From positions 4,106,497 through 4,138,496 of the forward strand of contig NC_003902.1 in assembly GCF_000007145.1 (NCBI RefSeq): 32,000 nt of DNA, written 5' to 3'. Below are positions 9,794-17,013 of this stretch, one piece after another. The DNA comes from Xanthomonas campestris pv. campestris str. ATCC 33913 (GTDB taxonomy: Bacteria; Pseudomonadota; Gammaproteobacteria; Xanthomonadales; Xanthomonadaceae). Numbering within the stretch: the first letter of the stretch is position 1; each line of letters starts with the position of its first letter. A program made the position numbers and the translations under genes. The notes under the pieces were generated by a model. It saw only the letters and a list, made by a program, of their open reading frames with translations. It was not told the DNA's origin and made no database searches.

Positions 9794-10147
9794 CGGCCGA
9801 GGGTAACAGAGACCAGATGAACTTCTGGCAATAAGGCCATGAAACGCAAGAACTTTAGGTCTTGTCAAGGCAGGGCGCAGCACGGGCACACCCTCGCTGC
9901 GACTGCCGGCGAGCGGGCATGGGCATGGAAGAACTGCGAGAGCGAACAGATGGGCCTGGTTGCCGCGACTGCCGGTCGCGGCTGTCGCGTGCCGCCTCTG
10001 GCATCACCTTCCGTGACACCTCACCAGGTGCGACCGGCTTCCGGCCGCACCTGGATGGGATACATCAACTGAAAGCAGTTCGTCCAGGCAGGTCGACCTG
10101 CTGCCGGTAAGTTGCGCAGCCCCGGTGACCCACCGCACCCAGTCCGA

Positions 10148-11548
10148 TCACAACGCAGGAAAGTGCGGTGCGCTCGAGCAGGTCGGGATGCTGCCGGCAA
10201 GCTGCACGGTGCTGGTGGTGACATTGGTGCCGGTCGGCACGAGCTCGCTGCTGCTCAGCCCGATCCGCGCATTGCTGGCGGTGACGGCCTTGTTGCCTGT
10301 CGCAACATTGGCAAGCACCAGGTCCAGCGGTGTCTGCTCGTTATAGCCTTCCAGGATCCAGCCCTTGCCCTTGAGACCCGCATCGCCGGTGGTCCGCAAG
10401 CCATTGACGACAATCTGGCTGAAGGTGGGCGCGGTGCCGCTGCCGCCGCTGGAATAGAACGGGTTGATCACCAGCGGGCTGGTGACGCCGTACAGGCAGG
10501 TATTGCGATAGGTAATCAGACTGACCGGGCCGCCCTTGGCGATGCTGGTCTTGATGCGCAGACCGTTGTTGTCGGTGCTGCGGTTGCCGGCATCGTCGCT
10601 GGCGGTGATGGCAGTGGAATCGACCAACACATTGCTGACGCCGGACATCACCTCGCTGCCGATCGAGATGCCGTGCGTGCCGTAGCAACGATTGTTGCGC
10701 AAGGTGATGTTGCCGGACTTGGAGGCGATGGTCTTGATCGCCACGCAATCGTCGCCGCCCATCACATCGTTATCGAACACGGTTGCGTTGACCACGCTAT
10801 CCAGGTCCAGGCCATCGGTGTTGGGGCTGGTCGCTGGCGACTTCACCCGCGTGCCCCAGATGGTCAGGCCATCGACGATATGCGCGAAGAAATGGAAGTA
10901 CGCCGCATTGATCAGATTGACGTTGTAGAGCGTAAATGCGCTGGAATTCTGCACCTTGATCAGGTCCGGGCTGTTCTGCACCTGGTTGGCCTTCTTGGCG
11001 TTCTCGCCGAACTCCCACCACGTGGTGCTCTTGCCGAGCATGGTCAGGTCACCACGGCCATCGATGGTGCCCTGGCGCCCACCGATGCGCACACCCATCA
11101 CACCGGACCTGGTGCCCTTGACGCTGATCAACGGCAGGCATCCGCCACTCTTGGAACCGGCCGTGCCGCAGCCACTGCCGTAATCGGCGGGGTTACGCGA
11201 GCCGTACACGGTGACGCCCTGATCGACCACCAACGTCACGCCAGTAGGAATCGACAGCGGCCCGGTCAGGAACGCGTTGCCCGCGCCCGCCGTCAGCAGC
11301 ACGCTGCCATTCTTCCCCGCACACGCGGTCAGTGCGGCCTGGATGTTTTTGGTATCGGGCGGCGCACTTTCCAATGCCGCCGCGAACTGGCGCGCGCTAG
11401 CCGTGTGCTCGGCCTTTACCGCCTGGCAGGTCGCCGGAATACCAGGCTCGGAGACTGCACGACCATCGCCGGTTGCCTGGGTGATGGCGCTCGCCTGTGA
11501 GGCAAGCGAAAGACAAAGACCGCCGATGGCGGCAGCAAGCAGTTTCAT
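10148..11548 (-). CDS. pglA: Secreted GH28 endo-polygalacturonase
   Basis: Start at MKLLAAAIGGLCLSLASQASA (ATG = complement of 11546-11548; signal peptide). GH28 signature motifs are present: SPNTDGLDL (NTD), GGDDCVAIK (DD), GTHGISIGS (G/HG) and GLRIKT (RIK). A PIP-box promoter lies upstream. Confidence 0.9.
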   Translation of the reverse strand: MKLLAAAIGGLCLSLASQASAITQATGDGRAVSEPGIPATCQAVKAEHTASARQFAAALESAPPDTKNIQAALTACAGKNGSVLLTAGAGNAFLTGPLSIPTGVTLVVDQGVTVYGSRNPADYGSGCGTAGSKSGGCLPLISVKGTRSGVMGVRIGGRQGTIDGRGDLTMLGKSTTWWEFGENAKKANQVQNSPDLIKVQNSSAFTLYNVNLINAAYFHFFAHIVDGLTIWGTRVKSPATSPNTDGLDLDSVVNATVFDNDVMGGDDCVAIKTIASKSGNITLRNNRCYGTHGISIGSEVMSGVSNVLVDSTAITASDDAGNRSTDNNGLRIKTSIAKGGPVSLITYRNTCLYGVTSPLVINPFYSSGGSGTAPTFSQIVVNGLRTTGDAGLKGKGWILEGYNEQTPLDLVLANVATGNKAVTASNARIGLSSSELVPTGTNVTTSTVQLAGSIPTCSSAPHFPAL

Positions 11549-11629
11549 GACGTAGTCACCCGAAGAAGAAGAGACGCGTGCCGTTCGGGGGCGACGCAGC
11601 GCCCAGGGAACCAACACGGTGAATGGCGC

Positions 11630-11690
11630 ACTCTACAGCGCGTCGACCGGGGGCGATGGCAGCGCGCGAACCGGCTGCCGTGCAAACGAA
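11630..11690 (-). promoter_or_regulatory. PIP box (HrpX-type plant-inducible promoter) plus -10-like hexamer for pglA
   Basis: The minus strand reads TTCGT (11690-11686), then exactly 15 nt, then TTCGC (11670-11666). After 30 nt comes TAGAGT (11635-11630, fitting YANNNT). This matches the consensus TTCGB-N15-TTCGB-N30-32-YANNNT. It lies 118 nt upstream of the pglA ATG. Confidence 0.7.
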
Positions 11691-12475
11691 GCAGCATGCC
11701 ACCGCGCTTCCTTGTTGCTACCAAGTGCGCAGATCCACGTGGTCAGCAAGTTAGTGCGTGGCGTTACTTGGCAAGGAAACGATCCACTGCGGCTAGTTGC
11801 GGCGCATGCCCGGCTGAGCGGAACTTCCGCAAGGCATGCCGCCGACATTACCCTGCCTCGCAGAGGGCCATCCAACACAGGCGGCGCGTCGCTTCAAAGT
11901 AAGGTCAACCACCGCCATCACTGGCAGGCGCTTCTGACATCGCCTGCTGCTGAGAGCGCGCAGCAAGCGTCATCACCGGGCCCGTAGGCTCCTTGTCGAT
12001 CTCCTCGCGCTCGCGCTGGAACTGCACCATCTCCTGCGCCCGTTGCTGATCCATTGCCTCCGTTTTTTGCAAGGTTTCAGTCATGCCGGGCGATGGCGTA
12101 TTGAGCGCGGTTTCCGAATGGAATCCCAGCGTTTTGCCAAAGACAAAGGCCACATCATCTTGGATGGTTACTTTCCGGAGTTCATCCGCGCGCTCAATCC
12201 CCGATTCTTTGACGGCTTGAAGCACTTCGGCCGTTTTCTCATCAGATGTGCCCCTGGGGAGCTGTGCCTGGATGGCGGAGAACAATGCGTAATCCCGATG
12301 ATCAGAGGGAAACGCCTGCTGAGCGACATCTTGGGATGGCCTGATTTGCTCGACCCGATCCTCATCGTTCACGCCTGCGTTTGAACGCCCGCCAGTCCCA
12401 CCAAAGCCAGGCGATGACGTATAGGAGGACGACGCGCGCTCAGGCAAGACGATCTGTGCCGGCACTTCGCTCTGA

Positions 12476-12511
12476 GTTGGCGTTGGCGTTGGCGTTGGCG
12501 TTGGCGTTGGC
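12476..12511. repeat. Hexanucleotide SSR (GTTGGC)x6 encoding a (PT)6 linker
   Basis: Six perfect tandem copies were counted on the plus strand. They translate on the minus strand as PPTPTPTPTPTPTQ inside the effector pseudogene. A shorter relative (tggcgttggcgttggcg, ~13765-13785) encodes APTPTPQ. Confidence 0.9.
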
Positions 12512-13434
12512 GGCAATGTTGCCTGCATCGCTTCTTGCTGCTCTGCCTGCAATGGAACAGCCGATGGCGCATCGTTCTGTGGCGTGCCTACTCGGGCTTG
12601 CTGCTCGCTGCCCTGCTCCACCGGCCCATTTGCCGATGCCGGCGCTATGGGTTTCAAAGCTTCTCGGCGCGCATGTTGTGCCTGGGACAACGCTTCATCC
12701 AGCTCTTGTCCGGCAACGCCCGTTGCCGGCAAACCTTGGTCTTGCTGGAACTGTCTCACGGCATGTTCGGTCTCCGAACCGTAGTGCCCGTCTTGCGGCA
12801 CGGCCTGCCCGTTTGGACCACGCGCATCTACTTGCTGCAAGCGATATTGCAAGAACTCGACTTCTTGCCCCCGGTCGCCCAGGCGCAGCCCTTCCACTTC
12901 ATGCGATGAGCGCGGTGTTGCGGCAGCTGCCTGAGTAGGCGCTTGATTGGGGACGGTCGAAGCGGATGATGCTGATCCAAGGTTCGGCGCAGATGCGCCC
13001 GCCAAGGCTGGGCCCACTGCCTCTGCCCTCGGCTGGACTGCGCCGGCTGTCGGGGGTGCCCCAACCTCAGGTGCTTGGGTCTCTTGGGGTTCTCGTTGCG
13101 GGACAGGTTCGGGCTTCGGTTCGGCAGGCTTGGCGACCGGGCGCACGTCTTCCTGCAGAGACGCGTTGACGGATGTAGCCACCGCGACAGGAGCAGGCGT
13201 TGCCGCCTCCGCAGCAGCAGGCGCATCGGGTGTACGTGCAACGTCTCGATCTCGCTGCGCATCAATGGCCGCCTGAGGTGCTCGGGTTTCATCCACATGC
13301 GGGGCGGTAACCGTTGTCGCCGCAAAGCTTGCGGCTTGCTGCGCTTCTTGCGTAGGCACACCTTGCCGATTAGCCTCCCGCAACGCTTGCTCGTAAGCAT
13401 CGCGCTCTTGGGGCGACTGTGCGTCAATGCGTTG

Positions 13435-13450
13435 CTCCGGCGCTCCGGCG
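13435..13450. repeat. 8-bp perfect tandem duplication (ctccggcg x2; CGCCGGAG x2 on the coding strand) causing the effector frameshift
   Basis: The plus strand at 13435-13450 reads ctccggcgctccggcg. Both reading frames encode …GAPE across it. Deleting one copy fuses …SLRQEQPPSAGAPE to QRIDAQSPQERDAYEQALREANRQG… in frame. Confidence 0.9.
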
Positions 13451-15736
13451 CACCGGCCGAAGGCGGTTGCTCCTGCCGAAGTGACTGCACCTCGCTGAGT
13501 GCCTGATGGATATCGTCGGTGCTGGTCATTGCTGCAACACGCACCGCACCATCGGCGTCACGGCTCAGATGCTGGATGGGGCTGTACACCGAGTATTGCG
13601 CGGTCGTATCACGCTGCAACGCCAAAGAGCTGGTCGCGGCATCGATCCCGTTTGCCTCACGTGTCCGTTGCACCGCAAGCTGGATCGCGCCTGCGGTCTG
13701 GGCATTGGGCGCAACGCCATAGGCGGCATAGGCCGCTTCGGTATTGGCCTGATCTTGTTGCTGTGGCGTTGGCGTTGGCGCTTGCCTTGCCGGCATCTGT
13801 GCCAACGCCTGCCCGTGCTGCTCCAATGCCGGTTGCAAGCGTTCGCGCGTTGCATTGAGTTCTGACGGGACATTGCCTTCGGCAGCAACACCATCATGCC
13901 GCCACTGATCTTGCGTATCGCGCTGATACTGCTTGCCGTCCGAGGCTTGCAGTGAGTCTGGGTTCAAGGCTGCCTGCACGGCTGATGGCACGGGGCCAAA
14001 ATCGTCCCATCCATTGCGCTGATAGGCAGTCTGATAAGTCGCTGCAATTGCAGCTGGGCCACGGGCAATGTTGGCGTCCACCACCTGGGCTGCTTGTTGA
14101 TCCAACCCGGCACTGCGCTCGGGGCTTGCCGGATCAACCGTCCAGACGGGCCGCTCGTTCCTATCGACTTCGTCGGCGATCATCCGGGACCACTGGCCAC
14201 TTGCCGGATCATGCCGCCAATCCCGTGCGTAAAGATGCGCAGCATCTGCCTCACTGGATGGCTGCACATAGGGGTTACTGGGTTGCACCTTGCCAAGCGC
14301 CTGCTCGGTCGCTTCGCTACTGGCGTGATAGTTCAGCTCGCGCGCTTTTTCGGGCAGTGCGAACATGGCCTGCTTCTGCGGTGCATCGACGCTATCGTTG
14401 GGAAGATCGGCCTTTTCTTGGCGCAACCACTGGTTGCCATTGAACTCCCAGCTCACGCCCTGCTTGTCAGTTTGTGTATAGATCTGGCGGTTGTCCCAGA
14501 GCGTCACGGCCTTGTCGGCAGCAGCACTGAACAGATAACCATCGGCCACCACCAGCGCGACGGGCCCGGCGCCGGTTGTGCCAACCACGGCAGCGGCGGC
14601 GGTGCCTCCCGCCCAGCCGCCTATGCCTCGGGCACTAAAGTGCAGCGCTTCTGACCGCGCAGCGGTAAGGTTGTCTTGCGCCAACAGCGTGCCAACACGC
14701 TCTCCGGTTTGCGACGCATCGTAGGCAGTGGCGGCAACGCCCAAACCCGCAAGCCCTGCTGTCATCCCGGCGCGACGCAAGCCTGGGATCTCCGGCTCAG
14801 GCACAGGCACGCGTGCAGGCGGAGCCCCTGGCCGCACGAGTTCATCAATGGTGGCAATGCCTTCCAGCCGGCTGTTCACGCCGTCACTGACGTGTAGCTC
14901 GGCGTGCTCAGCAAGCACTTGCTCCTGAACGGCGGGGGCGGCGTTGGGGATGTCTTGCACATGCGCCGGTAGATCGCGGTGCCAATCGACCTGTTGTTGC
15001 CAGCTTTCGCGCAGTACTTGGGTGACCGCTGGATCCTTGAACCACGCATTGCGCGCCGCTTCCAGTGCCTGCCCGGGCGGACGTGCATCGGTGCGGCTAT
15101 CGTAAACCTCGGCACCCTGGCGGTTGAAGATGCGTACGGGCGCCGTGGTCTGGGCATGCACCGTGTCCAGGCTGATCGGCAGCCTGGTGTAGACGACCTC
15201 GCGATGACTTTCGGGCACGTAGCGGCCGTAGCCTTCCCGATCGAGCTGCTGAGAAAACCTGGAATCGACGCCATGCTCGCTTTCCAGCTTGTGCGCGGCC
15301 ATTGCACGCACCTCGACGTCATAGCCGCGCGATTGCAGATCCTTGATCAGTTCCGCGCTCCACTGGCCATTGCTGAGCGTGGTGTCGAAGATCAGGTTCT
15401 TCTTGCCTTCGATAGTGACTTGCAGCAGTTCATCGGCCCATTGGCTGGCATCGGAGTGGGTGTAGCCAGACCAGGTGTAGGGGTGGGCATTGCGCAGGGC
15501 GGACACTTCGGGGTGAGCGTTACGCAATTCATCCGGATCGATCAGGACGACATCCCTGCCTAGCTCGACGTCTGCAGCTCTTGCGAGACTTCCTTTTCCC
15601 GAGCCAGGTTGCCCAGCGAGGATGATCGCCTTGGGGTGTTCGAAGGACGTTTTTGTCTCCAGTGCGGCATCATCAAGAATCTTCTGCTCAAATAATCTGC
15701 GATGCTCGACATTATCGAGACGGGATTCCTTTTCGT

Positions 15737-16381
15737 TCATATCAAAGACTCCTTGTGCGTCTCGATGTAATTCCACAGCTGATCTAGATCCGACATTCCG
15801 CGATTTCTCGATCTTGCATGGCGGGTCAAACGTTCTTTTTCTTCAGCCATTTTTACGGCGTTAGCATCACCGCTAGCGTGCGCAAGATCGAGTTCCTCGC
15901 GGGCTTCGGAGATGAAAGACTCAAGCCTTCCTTCCAACGCCCAGATGGCTCCATCGAACGGAATCAACGGATTTGGCTTCCTGATGTAATCATCGAGAAC
16001 ATCCTGCAAGCGCTGAATCAACTCGGGATAGTCTCTCAGTAGCTCACGCAATTTCTGCGGCACAGGAGGCGCAGGCAAGCCGTTTTCAATGGAGGGAGGC
16101 ATGGGCTTCGACATGGCAGGATCTTTCCTCTTAGGCATGGGCACGCGCGGCGCAGTGTGCGCATTGTCATCCAGTGCAGGGACCGGCTGCACCGGCTGCA
16201 CCCACGGTGCCGGCTTGGGTTTGCGCTTGACATGCTCCAGCAAGCCGCCATGCGGCAGCGGGCCTAGCTCGCGCTGCGTGCGTTCATTGATCAGTTGCAA
16301 ATCGCGCAGCAGCTGTGCGGCACGCGTCTCGGCTAAGCGCTGCGCCAATGCGATGTAATGGGAGCCTGATGTATCGCTCAT
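15737..16381 (-). CDS. Hypothetical 214-aa cytoplasmic protein, candidate cognate immunity/antitoxin for the zeta-like toxin
   Basis: Has an ATG (complement of 16379-16381) with a GAAGGAAG SD. Its stop TGA overlaps the toxin ATG (ATGA at 15737-15740). No signal peptide or lipobox. A Pro-rich middle is followed by a helical-looking C-terminal half (PVPQKLRELLRDYPELIQRLQDVLDDY…ISEAREELD) shared with the 140-aa ORF upstream. No family recognised. Confidence 0.6.
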   Translation of the reverse strand: MSDTSGSHYIALAQRLAETRAAQLLRDLQLINERTQRELGPLPHGGLLEHVKRKPKPAPWVQPVQPVPALDDNAHTAPRVPMPKRKDPAMSKPMPPSIENGLPAPPVPQKLRELLRDYPELIQRLQDVLDDYIRKPNPLIPFDGAIWALEGRLESFISEAREELDLAHASGDANAVKMAEEKERLTRHARSRNRGMSDLDQLWNYIETHKESLI

Positions 16382-16503
16382 ATGGGCTTCCTTCTGCAGA
16401 TGCCGCTGGAGAATAACCGGCTTCAGTAAAATGGTGTCGCATGGCTAACATTGCGATATCCATTTTTTAATATTCTATTGTAAATGCGATCCATCAATGC
16501 CGA

Positions 16504-16926
16504 TCATTTTCCTCGTGAGACGAGGTATTTAACGACAGGAGAAAGATCGGAAAAATAGCCGCGGTATACTGGAAATGCTGAAAAATCCCTGAACTTTTTT
16601 TCAGCTAATTCGCAAGAAAAATCGATTTTTATCTGGTCAACTGCTGATTTAGAAAGCCTAACGTCTTTAGCTACAGCATCAAGTTCTTGCGATGCTTCAA
16701 TGTGAAATTTATTTAATTCAGCACAAACCATATCCATCAACCTTCTGTAAGCCGGGCCGTATTTCTCCCTCGAGAATTCGCCACCTGGCAATTTTTCCGC
16801 GAATTGATCAAAAGCATCTTGCAACCTCGATAAATATGTAGGATAACTTCTTAATATTTTGTATAACTCCAGTGGGATTGGGTAGCGTAAATCACGATCC
16901 AGAGGTTCGTTTTCATCGACTAGCAT
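16504..16926 (-). CDS. Hypothetical 140-aa protein, paralog of the C-terminal half of the 214-aa ORF (second immunity-like gene)
   Basis: Has an ATG (complement of 16924-16926) preceded by GGAAGGAG. It lies in the most AT-rich stretch of the window. The shared motif is PIPLELYKILRSYPTYLSRLQDAFDQF … IEASQELD, against PVPQKLRELLRDYPELIQRLQDVLDDY … SEAREELD in the 214-aa ORF. No signal peptide. Confidence 0.6.
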   Translation of the reverse strand: MLVDENEPLDRDLRYPIPLELYKILRSYPTYLSRLQDAFDQFAEKLPGGEFSREKYGPAYRRLMDMVCAELNKFHIEASQELDAVAKDVRLSKSAVDQIKIDFSCELAEKKFRDFSAFPVYRGYFSDLSPVVKYLVSRGK

Positions 16927-17013
16927 CTCAACACTCCTTCCACGTTTGCGTACCAGGCGCAGGAACTAACCGTCTCTCCATATCCCATAGCACTTTTTTA
17001 TAAAAATTAATTG

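Larger units (their letters stand above)
11905..15740 (-). pseudogene. Frameshifted giant modular toxin: zeta-toxin-like P-loop kinase / hydrophobic Gly-Ala segment / PG_binding_1 domain / XVIPCD-like C-terminus (X-Tfe-like T4SS effector candidate)
   Basis: Two track ORFs, 12828..15776 and 11905..13383, are one gene in two frames. Domains:
- N-terminus from MNEKESRL (ATG = complement of 15738-15740; AAGGAG SD at 15749-15754). It has Walker A AIILAGQPGSGKGS (15591-15614), then VVLIDPDELR and NLIFDTTLS, a zeta/PezT-like kinase layout (~15087-15740).
- Hydrophobic Gly/Ala stretch at 14496-14786.
- LGDRGQEVEFLQYRLQ…DGHYGSETEHAVRQFQQDQGLPATG, matching PG_binding_1 (12688-12897).
- C-terminal ~125 aa (11905-12351): DHRDYALFSAIQAQL…GIERADEL…DDVAFVFGK…TPSPGMTETLQ…QQRAQEMVQFQRE, resembling the Xanthomonas VirD4-interacting conserved domain.
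The frames are joined by removing one copy of the 8-bp duplication at 13435-13450, which gives 1,275 aa. Confidence 0.75.

Noticed and set aside
11826-11845. 10-bp match GCAAGGCATG near both island edges (about 11830 and 20041-20050) as candidate att/direct repeats
   Set aside because: A single 10-mer shared between two ~350-bp high-GC intervals is within chance expectation. There is no extended flanking similarity and no integrase gene is present.
12828-13442. C-terminal ~205 aa of the 982-aa ORF (…RRSNALTHSRPKSAMLTSKRCGRLIGKVCLRKKRSKPQ…)
   Set aside because: This is out-of-frame read-through after the 8-bp duplication. The composition switches abruptly to Arg/Lys/Ser/Leu/His, while the alternative frame (ORF 11905..13383) continues with sensible sequence and recognisable domains.
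16382-16503. Promoter call for the immunity-toxin operon in the AT-rich spacer (TTGATG…TATTAA, TTTACA…), and GGATCGCATT / GGATATCGCAAT direct repeats as an operator
   Set aside because: The spacings I counted between candidate -35 and -10 hexamers (6, 14 and 19 nt) do not fit a sigma70 promoter well. AT-rich DNA produces such hexamers by chance. The region is left uncalled.
24-16510. Hairpin CCTCGT-gag-ACGAGG at the 3' end of the 140-aa ORF (16510-16524) as a terminator
   Set aside because: It lies inside the coding sequence. On the transcribed (minus) strand it is followed by an A-run rather than a U-tract, so it does not look like an intrinsic terminator. (The end coordinate in this record should read 16524.)
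16504-16926. Possibility that the 140-aa ORF downstream of virD4 is VirB7, which I recall as having similar size and position in X-T4SS loci
   Set aside because: It has no signal peptide or lipobox Cys and no resemblance to the VirB7 N0-domain sequence as I recall it. Instead it shares a clear motif with the 214-aa ORF. No virB8-11 genes follow.
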